A DNA stretch of 64,000 nt, from the IMG/VR virus record IMGVR_UViG_3300007609_000005, positions 68,460 to 132,459 of that record. One strand, 5' to 3'. This DNA is from a virus. Both the position numbers and the translations under genes were made by a program. Positions 30,674-40,779 of the stretch are shown one piece after another. The notes beneath the pieces were generated by a model. It did no database searches. It saw only the letters and a program-made list of their open reading frames with translations, and was not told where the DNA came from. Numbering within the stretch: the first letter of the stretch is position 1; each line of letters starts with the position of its first letter.

Positions 30674-31123
30674 ATGGAGTATTGTCACAATAGAAGAACA
30701 AATAAAGAACTTAAACAGATTGCTAAGGATCTATATAACAACAATATATTCACTTCTATGCATTTAAGTGATCTCGATAACATCATCACACACTTTTTAC
30801 CATTAGCATTTCTAAAACCAACATACCCAACCATACCAAAAAAACAAGGCGATTTACGAAATGACCGCCACAAGACAATTGAACATATCCTTACATTAGA
30901 TGATCAAATAAAGGAGTATAAAGAAAAAAGTAAAAAATACAACAGATATGTTAAGAACATTGGTTTTGTATATGCAAATTATAAAGATGCATTACCCGGC
31001 TCAATAAATGGAAACCCCACATTCTTCACATGCACTATTTTAACAAAAGCAGATGCTAATAAAATGTTAAAGTTCTACAAAGAATATAAAGAATTGGTGG
31101 GGAATCTTGAAAAAAATTTCTGA
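30674..31123 (+). CDS. hypothetical protein (internal RxxxIxxIL motif)
   Basis: TATATTTG at 30662-30669; NDRHKTIEHIL. Confidence 0.7.
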   Translation: MEYCHNRRTNKELKQIAKDLYNNNIFTSMHLSDLDNIITHFLPLAFLKPTYPTIPKKQGDLRNDRHKTIEHILTLDDQIKEYKEKSKKYNRYVKNIGFVYANYKDALPGSINGNPTFFTCTILTKADANKMLKFYKEYKELVGNLEKNF

Positions 31124-31459
31124 TCAGTATTTGCCTTTCAACTCAGCCAATTTAGACTTAACGGTTTCGAAATCTTTATATTTAACACCGTAATACATCA
31201 ACCGTTTATCAATGAATTCACCTTCTTTCCCCATTTCATAATTATCCAACAATTTAACTATTTGGGCATCCGTAAGCCATTTATTGAGTTCTTTGTATAA
31301 TTTTAAAACAGACTCATCATTCTGTGTATCAATATTTTCACCCTCAGTCTCGAATTCTGGTTCCAAAACAGTTCCTGATTCCATATCATTAACCATCTGT
31401 TCGTAATCAAGTGTTGGTTCATCAACACCATAACTTTCATATTTCTTTAAATATTTCAT
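31124..31459 (-). CDS. putative internal virion protein
   Basis: MKYLKKYES; late box 31464-31472. Confidence 0.65.
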   Translation of the reverse strand: MKYLKKYESYGVDEPTLDYEQMVNDMESGTVLEPEFETEGENIDTQNDESVLKLYKELNKWLTDAQIVKLLDNYEMGKEGEFIDKRLMYYGVKYKDFETVKSKLAELKGKY

Positions 31460-31489
31460 ATTGTATATATTATTTTATATCTTTGTAAA

Positions 31490-31993
31490 ATGAAAAACCC
31501 AGTAGAAGGAAATAAATTGTTCGACACATGTGACCTCATTGAGTATATAGAGGCGGTACAATCAAATATCATAGATCTGTGGAACACTAAATACAAAAGA
31601 CATTATATACTCAATGAAATAATTAAATTCGAAGAGGAGAGAAATGAATCCGACCCATTTGAAGATGCACTTGATATAGATGATGTTGATATGGGGAATG
31701 ATAAATTCTTATGCTTCATTGAAGACTCATATGATGTTGATCTTGATGAATATAATAGTTTATTTGAATTCCATACCGAATTATCGGAAATGTCCGATTA
31801 TAAATATGGAGGTTCGGTAATACGTGAAGACTATTTTGTTGATTATTGTATGGATGAACTTGTCCAATTTGGCTACATTAAAGATGATATGCCCGGTTTC
31901 ATAGTAATTGATTATGAAGGAACTGCAGATAATATGAAAGATGATTATACTGAATACAGTTATAATGGCTCAACATACTATTACAGAGGTTAA
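31490..31993 (+). CDS. highly acidic protein, ArdA C-terminus-like (possible DNA mimic)
   Basis: Asp/Glu-rich; IDYEGTADNMKDDY; TATCTTTG at 31478-31485. Confidence 0.45.
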   Translation: MKNPVEGNKLFDTCDLIEYIEAVQSNIIDLWNTKYKRHYILNEIIKFEEERNESDPFEDALDIDDVDMGNDKFLCFIEDSYDVDLDEYNSLFEFHTELSEMSDYKYGGSVIREDYFVDYCMDELVQFGYIKDDMPGFIVIDYEGTADNMKDDYTEYSYNGSTYYYRG

Positions 31994-31995
31994 TA

Positions 31996-32217
31996 ATGAA
32001 AAACAATAAAATGAATATTAAAGATAAAAAAGAACTGACAGATAAAATCAAGAAAATCGATGAATTACCACACGTAGAACTATGTGTTCTGTGGAGGTTC
32101 GGTAATGAAGATGAACCACTACTGCACGGATTGGCAGGTGCTTACTTCCGAGATAGATTGTTCGGTCACTTCGGTGGTTTCGACCCACAGATAAGTAAAC
32201 AGATCGGATGGGGATAA
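31996..32217 (+). CDS. hypothetical protein
   Basis: 73 aa; LWRFG...GGFDPQISKQIGW. Confidence 0.65.
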   Translation: MKNNKMNIKDKKELTDKIKKIDELPHVELCVLWRFGNEDEPLLHGLAGAYFRDRLFGHFGGFDPQISKQIGWG

Positions 32218-32244
32218 TTCAAATATAATTCGTATATTTGTAAT

Positions 32245-32490
32245 ATGGAAGAATTTAAAAAATACACAAAACCGATGGAATTAAGACCCATCACACAAGA
32301 ACACATCGATGAATTCAATGAAACCGATGGAATTATGTATGATGGTGATGTTGCGAGATATGCACTTGATCTAGGCCGTATTAGACCAAGACCAGGAGAT
32401 ATGATTGCTCGTGACCCAAATAACCATAACCGCCAATGGTTGGTAACGGAAAGTGAATTCAAAACATATACCCAAGTAGAGAAAGATTAA
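32245..32490 (+). CDS. hypothetical phage protein (PGD motif)
   Basis: RPGDMIARDP..HNRQWLV; TATATTTG at 32233-32240. Confidence 0.7.
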   Translation: MEEFKKYTKPMELRPITQEHIDEFNETDGIMYDGDVARYALDLGRIRPRPGDMIARDPNNHNRQWLVTESEFKTYTQVEKD

Positions 32491-32536
32491 TCACACCCTT
32501 ACTATAAATTGAATCATACAAAAATAAAAAATTAAA

Positions 32537-33124
32537 ATGGGATATACAGTATTTGCAAAAGTAAAATCACCCGAAGTGGCAAAAGCATTTGGGGACTTCT
32601 TCTATGACCACTGCGAAAAGGGTATAACTGCAGTCATCAAAAGTAAGTACCCAACCTATCCGATCTCCGAGGACAAATACTCTGCATTGAGTGTGGGGAA
32701 AGATAACCTTGGTTATACCGGACATTTTAGAAATGGCGACCGTTTTATTGGTTTCGATTACAATGCAGCCGCGCCAAGTACAGAAAGAGAATTTGCCTTT
32801 GAAGTAGTCCGAATGATACAACGTGAAGAAGGAAAACCAACACATTATTATTATGATGGTTCTCTATGTAAAATTGGACCAAAGACACTCCGGACAAAGA
32901 TTCGGGGAAATGCAGAGTATCATACCAAAGAAGATCATGAGGCAGGAAGAACAGAACAAACAGTTGAGGGTCACATTGAGAAACTTACACAAATGGCGTG
33001 TTACTCATATGATTGGGACAACGTAAAACCTGATCAGATATTGACCATCATTGATGATGAAGTTGAAAGACTCCGAACATTGTGGTTGGAAAAAAGGGAA
33101 TTATATATCGAAAAATTTTCATAA
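32537..33124 (+). CDS. hypothetical protein
   Basis: 195-aa ORF. Confidence 0.7.
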   Translation: MGYTVFAKVKSPEVAKAFGDFFYDHCEKGITAVIKSKYPTYPISEDKYSALSVGKDNLGYTGHFRNGDRFIGFDYNAAAPSTEREFAFEVVRMIQREEGKPTHYYYDGSLCKIGPKTLRTKIRGNAEYHTKEDHEAGRTEQTVEGHIEKLTQMACYSYDWDNVKPDQILTIIDDEVERLRTLWLEKRELYIEKFS

Positions 33125-33148
33125 AACATATCCTAATAACAGAATAAA

Positions 33149-33367
33149 ATGGAAAGATTTAGAGTTAGTGAAAACTTAGACTTTGAAGAAATTGTAGCAA
33201 AGTTCAACACTTTACAAGAGGTTGTTGATTATTGTTATAGCAGAAAAGATATTTCCCCGGCATACTTAAATGTAGAGTGCCTAAAAGATGATATAAAAAT
33301 AGACTGTGATGAATTGTTGGGTGCTTTTGAAGATGGTAAACGCCCAATGGATTTGAAACACTTCTAA
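33149..33367 (+). CDS. hypothetical protein
   Basis: 72-aa ORF. Confidence 0.6.
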   Translation: MERFRVSENLDFEEIVAKFNTLQEVVDYCYSRKDISPAYLNVECLKDDIKIDCDELLGAFEDGKRPMDLKHF

Positions 33368-33409
33368 TACTACATATCCAATTTATAAATACACATTAAT
33401 ACGCAATCA

Positions 33410-34138
33410 ATGAAACACAATCACCCAACATTATCGGAAGACTATTATGGACACAAAGGGGAACAAGCCATTAAAGGAATTGAAAAACTTATCACTACAA
33501 ATCATAAGATAAATGATAAACCGGTTCTTGAAGAGATATTTAAACTTGGTTATAAAATGGGTGAATTAAGTAAAAAGTCACCTATGGGCGTGAGAGCCAT
33601 TACCAAATCAGGGTTTAATATTGAGAGGGATGTTGTTGAAAGAGCCTCAGAACTTAACCCAGAAAGAATTGACACTAAAAGAGATCTTGTATATAATGGT
33701 CCGGAAATAACATCCAATGATGTTATAGTAGTTGATGGCAATGTGAAACAGATTATCGAATGGCTAAAGAATAAGGATAGTGAATATATGGGGTGTGTTT
33801 ATAGGTTCGAAACCAAGGAAGAAATTGATGAAATAATTAAAGATATTGATCCTAATGATGATTTTTTTGAAGGCGAAGATGAAGCCACCTGGATATTGAA
33901 AAAGTATAATCAATCAGAAGTGAGTGTGTGGTTAACTAAACTTTATCAGATCGGATTATCGATCGGACAAGAAGAAACTGATGAAATGCCCGTAGAAGTA
34001 ATAGATTATTTCAGACAAAAACAAATGGCTGATGATTTTGCTAAAAGCAATACAATACCCAAAGAGGACGTTGAATATGCAAGAAAGAGGGCAGAGAATA
34101 TGGCTGATAGAATAGGTCATGAGGTGATTGAAGAATGA
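33410..34138 (+). CDS. hypothetical protein
   Basis: 242-aa ORF. Confidence 0.7.
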   Translation: MKHNHPTLSEDYYGHKGEQAIKGIEKLITTNHKINDKPVLEEIFKLGYKMGELSKKSPMGVRAITKSGFNIERDVVERASELNPERIDTKRDLVYNGPEITSNDVIVVDGNVKQIIEWLKNKDSEYMGCVYRFETKEEIDEIIKDIDPNDDFFEGEDEATWILKKYNQSEVSVWLTKLYQIGLSIGQEETDEMPVEVIDYFRQKQMADDFAKSNTIPKEDVEYARKRAENMADRIGHEVIEE

Positions 34139-34211
34139 CAACCCTTTAAAGATATCAGATAAACAATTTTTCAAAAATTTAGAATAGTTTAATCAAAAAC
34201 TAAGACCAATC

Positions 34212-34532
34212 ATGAAAACGTATTTTAGAGGAGGTAGTGGTATTGAAAATCCAATAGACTTTAACGGAACAGAAATAAAAGAAGGTGATATAATCACCTT
34301 TGATTGGTTTGAACACAAAGACCCAATTAATTATATGAGACAAAACTTCTCAAACATGAAAGATTGGACTGATGAACAAATATCAGAAAGACTACACCAA
34401 CCCACATTCATTGTGAAACGTAACAAAAATGGAATATTATTTGGTGAGGGAATCGAAAAACCAACCACTAAGCATTCTGGACGACTATACTTACATGATT
34501 TTAGGTTTGAATATACCAAACTATGTAAATGA
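34212..34532 (+). CDS. YopX-like hypothetical protein
   Basis: IDFNGTEIKEGDII motif. Confidence 0.55.
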   Translation: MKTYFRGGSGIENPIDFNGTEIKEGDIITFDWFEHKDPINYMRQNFSNMKDWTDEQISERLHQPTFIVKRNKNGILFGEGIEKPTTKHSGRLYLHDFRFEYTKLCK

Positions 34533-34624
34533 ACTTAATAATATGATAAAGGATTCGATTGAAAAACGTGAAGAATATATTAGGAAACAATACTATTTTT
34601 AACTACCTTTATCAAACAAACACT

Positions 34625-35035
34625 ATGAAAGAAATTCTTGAAATAACTTTCAAAAGAATGACTATAACTGATAAAGTTATATCGAGTACCATACTTATTG
34701 CAATTGTAGCAGCATTCATATTTAAGTTTTCAATTTGTATGAAAGTTATTGGTGCATTAATTGGAATGTACTATTTATTCTTTGTTAGCGCACACCTTGC
34801 ACTTGGCCTCCCACTTGGAATAGTTATTATTATAACAACAGATTTCATCAAGAAAAATAATTTTTATAAGACCGTTCGGAAAATGAGTTACTTTATATTC
34901 CTACTCGTATATTTATCAACACACCTATTATCGATATTCGTTGCATATGTAGTTGTTCCTTATATCGGTGCAATGTTCTGGAATGTGTCATTTTCTATGA
35001 TAGAGGCAACTCAATTACTACAACAGATATTTTAA
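34625..35035 (+). CDS. multi-pass membrane protein
   Basis: 3-4 hydrophobic segments; likely start MKEILE. Confidence 0.65.
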   Translation: MKEILEITFKRMTITDKVISSTILIAIVAAFIFKFSICMKVIGALIGMYYLFFVSAHLALGLPLGIVIIITTDFIKKNNFYKTVRKMSYFIFLLVYLSTHLLSIFVAYVVVPYIGAMFWNVSFSMIEATQLLQQIF

Positions 35036-35036
35036 G

Positions 35037-35345
35037 ATGATCATTAATTATCTGATAAAAGTTTCATCTCTTGATTATAATAAGGGAGAGTTCAGATTAA
35101 AGCAATCCAAACAGAATGTTGATATTGATTTTAAGGATATGCCCGTGATGGAACATCTTATTGACCGAGATGGGTATTCAACAAGACCAACAGATACATC
35201 AATAATCTTTTACGTAAATGATATTACAGGATTCATTGACAATTATTCCGACCCTAACCCAGCACAAGAAGAAATAAAAAGAGGAATTCTCAACACTATT
35301 AAAGGAGAAGCCCGAAAAGGAAAACTCAAAGACCTGTTGGAATAA
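35037..35345 (+). CDS. hypothetical protein with C-terminal tag
   Basis: Ends EARKGKLKDLLE. Confidence 0.7.
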   Translation: MIINYLIKVSSLDYNKGEFRLKQSKQNVDIDFKDMPVMEHLIDRDGYSTRPTDTSIIFYVNDITGFIDNYSDPNPAQEEIKRGILNTIKGEARKGKLKDLLE

Positions 35346-35351
35346 TAGAAA

Positions 35352-36335
35352 TCACTTATATTTCCAAACGTAGCCACCAAAACTGTCAATCAACCCCTTA
35401 CAACAATTTGATATACTGTTTGAACTACACTTGGTTTCCCTTGATGCCATTCTAACAGAAGAATATTCACATATGTAATCACCACCCATTGTATATTTCT
35501 CAACCACATATGAACTCGGTCCCTTATCCAAACCAAGGTCAAACCACTCGTCCTTATACCTCCATATAAACCCTTTTGATGTTTTCATTAATCCACGACA
35601 ACACCTTGCCACTTCTATACCAGTAACCTTCTGTACATAAACCGGACCCTCAGGCCACTCCTTTATCAAATTCCCCTCCAAATCATATTGCAATACCGTT
35701 TTAGTAGGTTGTGTAGAATATTGTTTTTTTAAAACTTCTTTCGACTTCACTATATTATATTCCTTTAAGTTTCTGAATACAGTTGTTTCACTCACACCCA
35801 ACTCTTCTGCACACTTTGGCATAGTTAAATTATCGGTAATGTACAGTTTATACAATAAATCTCTATCTATCGATTTCTTAACATTATTCCCTGAACGATT
35901 ATACATAGGATCTTCTTCGAATTTCTTCTTAACCCCCATAGAAATCTTTCCTTTATGTTCATCAGATAATGGAACCCCAAGTTTTGCATGTTGCATCTTC
36001 TTTTTGGCTTTCTTAGTGTGTTTGAAATCATTTCCACCTTGACCACCACTCGTTAAATTTGTTAATCGAAAGCCCCATACTTTAAACTGTTCGATCCAAT
36101 ACTTTTCCCAAAATTCCCATTCACTTTCAGGGACTTCGTCTATTACTTCTATTACAGGTCTTTCACCTTTATTCAATAAAGATTTTATCCAAGATATCTT
36201 ATGTGACTTTTTATTACTTTTAGTTTCAACTATATGATTATATAGGCGTTGTTTTAGGTATTGGCTAGTTTTACCAATATATCTTATATCACCTTTACCA
36301 TCAGTTAATGCATATATTTTCACCGAATTTTCCAT
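35352..36335 (-). CDS. GIY-YIG homing endonuclease with NUMOD3/HTH/NUMOD1 domains
   Basis: KIYAL...RYIGKT...R, EKYWI, LTNLTSGGQG, two NUMOD1 repeats. Confidence 0.88.
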   Translation of the reverse strand: MENSVKIYALTDGKGDIRYIGKTSQYLKQRLYNHIVETKSNKKSHKISWIKSLLNKGERPVIEVIDEVPESEWEFWEKYWIEQFKVWGFRLTNLTSGGQGGNDFKHTKKAKKKMQHAKLGVPLSDEHKGKISMGVKKKFEEDPMYNRSGNNVKKSIDRDLLYKLYITDNLTMPKCAEELGVSETTVFRNLKEYNIVKSKEVLKKQYSTQPTKTVLQYDLEGNLIKEWPEGPVYVQKVTGIEVARCCRGLMKTSKGFIWRYKDEWFDLGLDKGPSSYVVEKYTMGGDYICEYSSVRMASRETKCSSNSISNCCKGLIDSFGGYVWKYK

Positions 36336-36375
36336 ACACAATTATTAATTTTGTGTATATATAAAGTAAGGTAAC

Positions 36376-37176
36376 CTACCTTTTAACCATAAAGAAGAAA
36401 GAACTATCCGCCTGACTTTTTATTACTTCGTTTACCTCCTTAATCTCTTCATTTCCTTGTGTTATCAGGTCGGCAGAATTCATAGTAACACCACCTGGTA
36501 ATTGGAAAGTATAACGCCCGGTCAAGTTACCATACTGTTTCTTTGCCCACCCAGTGACATATTTTAAGAAAAGATCATCATTAAAAAGGTTCTCAGCCGG
36601 GATATTTGCATATGCCTCCATAACAACATCATTTTCAACATTGGTAAGAATATTCAATCTATGATTAAGTTGATTGAAGTGATATCTAAGAGTATATTTA
36701 TTCAATTGATCCATCATATCAGACATCGAATCAAGAACTGTTTTATAAACACCAAGTTCTCCTATCGTAGTCACATATGAACTAAGATAAGGCTGATTGG
36801 TGACACCAAGATTCACACTCAGATTTGGTGAATTGATACCAAGTTGATATAAAGATGTGCCTCTAACTTCATACAAATAAACAACAGATTGTATCTCACA
36901 TGGAACATCCACATATCTATATTTAGTGAATTCCTCGGTGAAAAATGCTTCCTTTTTAATGAGGAAATACATCTTTTGAACGGCATATTGATATCTACGA
37001 TAAAAATATGGAAGTGCCTTCTTCTCAATTATCCTCCTAACCTCATGATCAGGCAGGTGTTTTGGTAGAGTACAACCGATTGTTATATCATTCTGTACAG
37101 TATCAATGAGTTCTTCAATGGTCATTCCACCCTGCCAAGGTGTATACTCATTTCCATATCCATTTTCGTCAGACAT
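36376..37176 (-). CDS. neck/head-completion protein (T4 gp13-like)
   Basis: KYVTGWAKKQYGNLTGRYTFQLPGGVTMN..DLITQGNEE resembles the gp13 C-terminus; late box 37197-37205. Confidence 0.8.
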   Translation of the reverse strand: MSDENGYGNEYTPWQGGMTIEELIDTVQNDITIGCTLPKHLPDHEVRRIIEKKALPYFYRRYQYAVQKMYFLIKKEAFFTEEFTKYRYVDVPCEIQSVVYLYEVRGTSLYQLGINSPNLSVNLGVTNQPYLSSYVTTIGELGVYKTVLDSMSDMMDQLNKYTLRYHFNQLNHRLNILTNVENDVVMEAYANIPAENLFNDDLFLKYVTGWAKKQYGNLTGRYTFQLPGGVTMNSADLITQGNEEIKEVNEVIKSQADSSFFFMVKR

Positions 37177-37279
37177 ATAATTAGGTAATTTTATTGTATA
37201 TATTAAAAGAATATATGCAAGAAACTTGAAGTGGAAATAATGAATCAAAATATTTTGTATATTTACACAAAACAACACT

Positions 37280-37651
37280 ATGTTTGACATTGATATCAAA
37301 AAAGGTCTTAGATTCCGAAATAAGTATATATTCATCATAAGTGATGGTATGTATGTATCTGACTATACTAAGAATATATTAGTTAAAAAATTTGGAGATA
37401 AAAACGGATTAATAAAGATAGCCACAAAGGATCACAGATTATATACCATAACATTTAAAAAGCATGGTAATAAATCACCTGAATGGGTAGTGTGTATGTC
37501 TTGTGGTGATTATACCTATCCAAATTTTTACCACAATAAAAGTTACACGATAGGTGTTAGGAAAAGAAGAGTTTTAATAAGAAAGATAATTGAAATGTGT
37601 AGACAAACACCTATTGCACGAGACTATAAATTAGAGAATCTATTGTCTTAG
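37280..37651 (+). CDS. hypothetical protein with C-terminal tag
   Basis: Ends IARDYKLENLLS. Confidence 0.7.
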   Translation: MFDIDIKKGLRFRNKYIFIISDGMYVSDYTKNILVKKFGDKNGLIKIATKDHRLYTITFKKHGNKSPEWVVCMSCGDYTYPNFYHNKSYTIGVRKRRVLIRKIIEMCRQTPIARDYKLENLLS

Positions 37652-37698
37652 AAGGTATATACCAAATCACCAATCGGTCATTAAACCAATTCCATTTT

Positions 37699-37896
37699 TT
37701 AAGTTGTATTTACCCAATTCATAACTTTGTCCGGGTTTACTCCATCCTTTATGAGTTGAATACCTTCATGTATAAGTATTTTCAGCAATGCCGTTGACCC
37801 ATACATCCTATCTTCCAATTTGTTTATTATCGTCACTGCACGACTATCAAGTTCCCCATCTGAGTTATTTTCCTTAAAACTTTTTAAATGATCTAT
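37699..37896 (-). CDS. small putative virion protein with non-canonical ATA start, or pseudogene
   Basis: (I)DHLKSFKE begins 5 nt after TAATATATA (37902-37910). Confidence 0.45.
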   Translation of the reverse strand: MDHLKSFKENNSDGELDSRAVTIINKLEDRMYGSTALLKILIHEGIQLIKDGVNPDKVMNWVNTT

Positions 37897-37996
37897 AACA
37901 CTATATATTAAATACTTAAACAATAAATCCCAATTAATACTCTTTTCATAGAATGCAAAGATATAAAATAATATATAATAAAAAATAGATATTAAT

Positions 37997-38299
37997 ATGA
38001 ATAATATAAAGAGGGTAAATGAATTCTTTGGTGGTGATAAAAATGATGATGATTTCTTAGAACAGGCGTTTATGAATAGTACTAATGTAGCACAAGATGA
38101 AATACACAAAGCAGTAGATTTTGTCCATGAAATAGAAGATTACGTAAAAAACAAAGAACAAATGGGAGGGTTCAGAAACCACACATTACCACATTTGAGA
38201 AAGTTGGCATCCATTGTTAGAAATAATCCAGATATATTAGATACACTGAAAAAGTTATCAGAAATAAATGATGATGAATTTGAAAGAATATTTAATTAA
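37997..38299 (+). CDS. putative internal virion protein
   Basis: MNNIKRVNEF; TAATATATA at 37969-37977. Confidence 0.65.
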   Translation: MNNIKRVNEFFGGDKNDDDFLEQAFMNSTNVAQDEIHKAVDFVHEIEDYVKNKEQMGGFRNHTLPHLRKLASIVRNNPDILDTLKKLSEINDDEFERIFN

Positions 38300-38330
38300 T
38301 ATATAACACATTAAATCGAAAAGTATAAAT

Positions 38331-38702
38331 ATGCAGTCCTTAGAATCAATATATCAAGAATTGAAAACCTATTACGAATCAAATGGGAACCAAATAGATG
38401 ATTCAAGAATAAGACAAATTGCTTGGCTAAAAAGAGATCGAATGATGTTCGAACAATTTAACCATTCAAATACAAGACCAACCAATGCATCAACATCGGG
38501 TGGTGGTTCAAATAGGACGAATCTATTAAAAACACCATTAACAACCCCATTCACTATAGGTACAAACGAATCCTTTACAATTGAAGGTGACCTTGTCCTA
38601 AATGCACAGTTAATAATTGAACCAGGTGGTGAATTAACAGTTATTGGTAATATAATTGAAAATGTTGCAATTATAAATAATGGTATAATAAATTTACTAT
38701 AA
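38331..38702 (+). CDS. late protein with beta-rich C-terminus, possibly structural
   Basis: TAATATATA at 38297-38305; IEPGGELTVIGNI..N...INNG. Confidence 0.6.
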   Translation: MQSLESIYQELKTYYESNGNQIDDSRIRQIAWLKRDRMMFEQFNHSNTRPTNASTSGGGSNRTNLLKTPLTTPFTIGTNESFTIEGDLVLNAQLIIEPGGELTVIGNIIENVAIINNGIINLL

Positions 38703-38722
38703 AAAAAAAAACAAAAATTAAA

Positions 38723-39346
38723 ATGAGTGGTATTTATCAGAAACATGTAAACCAATCAACCGTTACAAACCCACCAAATGAGTCAACATTTGTGGGTGTT
38801 AATGAAGCAGGTAAATTGTTTACAAAAAATGAATCAGGAACGACTTATGTAGTATCAAACACACAATCAGTCCCAAAATCCTACCTCTTTGATGTTATGA
38901 GTGTGTTTAGTTCTATAGTAGGATCATTCTCATCAGACGATTGGACATCATCTCACATTATTGAATTACCTGGTGAGTTTGAGAACTATGGCCAATATGA
39001 AACACAAGGAAACTTTACCGATGAACCATCTTCAAATAATATTATCGGTATATCCAATAACGAAGATAATGGCACAAAAGAGGTTGTATTCGCAAACTAT
39101 TCAGTGAGATTCTCTGGTGGTACTATACTTGGATCATTTGAAGAATCATCATCAGCAAGAGTTGGTGGTTTTAATAATATTGAATATACATATAAATATG
39201 AATTCGATAGTAATGCAAGTGGTTCAAATCCACAACATATACACGACTTCAGAATCATAGCTGATAGTACAATCATACTTGGTTATGTTGTAATTAATGC
39301 AGATGGTAGTGATTTTAACAACTTTATTATAGATAGTCCAGCATAA
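38723..39346 (+). CDS. putative structural (fibre/decoration-like) protein
   Basis: S/N/G/T-rich; GKLFTKNESG motif; follows a late gene. Confidence 0.55.
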   Translation: MSGIYQKHVNQSTVTNPPNESTFVGVNEAGKLFTKNESGTTYVVSNTQSVPKSYLFDVMSVFSSIVGSFSSDDWTSSHIIELPGEFENYGQYETQGNFTDEPSSNNIIGISNNEDNGTKEVVFANYSVRFSGGTILGSFEESSSARVGGFNNIEYTYKYEFDSNASGSNPQHIHDFRIIADSTIILGYVVINADGSDFNNFIIDSPA

Positions 39347-39491
39347 TAAAAAATAAATTAAATGATATGAAAGAATTAAAAGAAGCAAGTAAAAAAATTA
39401 AAGAAGCAAAGCTAATTTCTATAATAGAAAATAAAACGCTTAAAGAAGCTTTGAGAGAAGTTTTACAAAAAAAATGAACATTTTAAATTAA

Positions 39492-40172
39492 ATGTCCAAA
39501 AGTGTAATAAAATATAAAGATTTTTTCGAAAAACTTGTTCTAAGTGACTATGATAAATATATCAAGATAGTTGCAGAGGCTTATGAGGCTGGACCCGAAT
39601 ATGATACATCACAGATATATAGATGGAAGTTACTCAGTGATCACTGTTATGTTATGTTCAAAAGACTTACAAGTAGAATAGATGTTACATTCTATACACT
39701 CGATAAGGAGTTGGAGGGTTCAATAGAAATTGATGGGAAAGAATATCCGATAGTTCACGGTGAAAAGGATGGTGAAGGTGGTCCATATGATTCACACCAA
39801 GAAATGGTTGATGATGCAAAGGTCAATAAAAAACTAAAAATATCAATCGATTACTCAACCCATCCAGTATTCTCAGTTGTAGATAATATTGTCCTTAGAA
39901 CAGTACATGATTATATAGTTCATATATTGGCAGATGTTGATTTCACCGGGAAAGGTGAGATTGCAGCCTTCAATGCCCATGCAAAACTTGCACCGAATGA
40001 AGCAATACCCGCCATATTCACAGAGGTTGTTGGACAGGCGTGTTATTACATAACATATGGTGAATTCCCCGTACAGAAGATTGCAATACTGGAAGGATTT
40101 GATTATTACAATGTTGGAGAAGTTGATGGGTATGAGGTAGTGAATAAGAAACTTGTTAAGATCTTAGGATAA
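39492..40172 (+). CDS. phage protein with HDxxxH motif, putative virion cargo
   Basis: MSKSVIKYKDFFE; NIVLRTVHDYIVH...KGEIAAFNAH...FTEVVGQ. Confidence 0.7.
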   Translation: MSKSVIKYKDFFEKLVLSDYDKYIKIVAEAYEAGPEYDTSQIYRWKLLSDHCYVMFKRLTSRIDVTFYTLDKELEGSIEIDGKEYPIVHGEKDGEGGPYDSHQEMVDDAKVNKKLKISIDYSTHPVFSVVDNIVLRTVHDYIVHILADVDFTGKGEIAAFNAHAKLAPNEAIPAIFTEVVGQACYYITYGEFPVQKIAILEGFDYYNVGEVDGYEVVNKKLVKILG

Positions 40173-40779
40173 ACCGTGAATGATGTGTTATCATATCGTC
40201 ATTCAATATTTCTTCTTTTGTGAATAAACCAATTGTAGTTTCATCTCTAATAGCCAATTCACCAAGCCTATCCATTGTCCATTTATCAAAATGAACATCA
40301 TAGATGTCAAAGAATCTTTCAGTTATTACCTCACCCCTAATATCAGATTTCACCGATCTATCCCTCACAATTCCCCGAAATTTTTCGAAAATGTTATCAA
40401 GTCTCAAAATCTCAAGTAATTTCTCCTCATCGACCAATTCTTCAATTATTTCTCTTTTACTTGATATTTCTCTACCAACCCTTTTATGATACCAATCTGA
40501 AAAGTCTGGAATAACATCTTCAGTTGTTTTGAATCTGAGGTCCGGTGTTTTTCTTTCATATTCCAATACAAATCTATTTAAGAATTTCTGTGACTCTGCT
40601 TCATATTCAAGTGCCCCACCAAGTGGTCCATACCTCAAATACCCATTATCACGTAATTTTGCATTTTGAACAAGTAGATATTTATCATCTATTTGTATGG
40701 AAGCCAAACCAGCACAACTAACTCTTATTTCATTGGATTTTGACTCACGAAACATACCATAATTTAATATTCTCGACAT
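40156..40779 (-). CDS. stand-alone SMODS-associated NUDIX domain protein
   Basis: IRVSCAGLASIQIDDKYLLV, YGPLGGAL, DLRF, DWY...RE, REIIEELVDE; no TM helices; late box 40784-40792. Confidence 0.75.
   Translation of the reverse strand: MSRILNYGMFRESKSNEIRVSCAGLASIQIDDKYLLVQNAKLRDNGYLRYGPLGGALEYEAESQKFLNRFVLEYERKTPDLRFKTTEDVIPDFSDWYHKRVGREISSKREIIEELVDEEKLLEILRLDNIFEKFRGIVRDRSVKSDIRGEVITERFFDIYDVHFDKWTMDRLGELAIRDETTIGLFTKEEILNDDMITHHSRFILRS

Noticed and set aside
35352-37176. Group I intron in the neck gene hosting the GIY-YIG
   Set aside because: The neck ORF ends with a complete gp13-like C-terminus, the gap is only 40 nt, and no downstream exon is evident.
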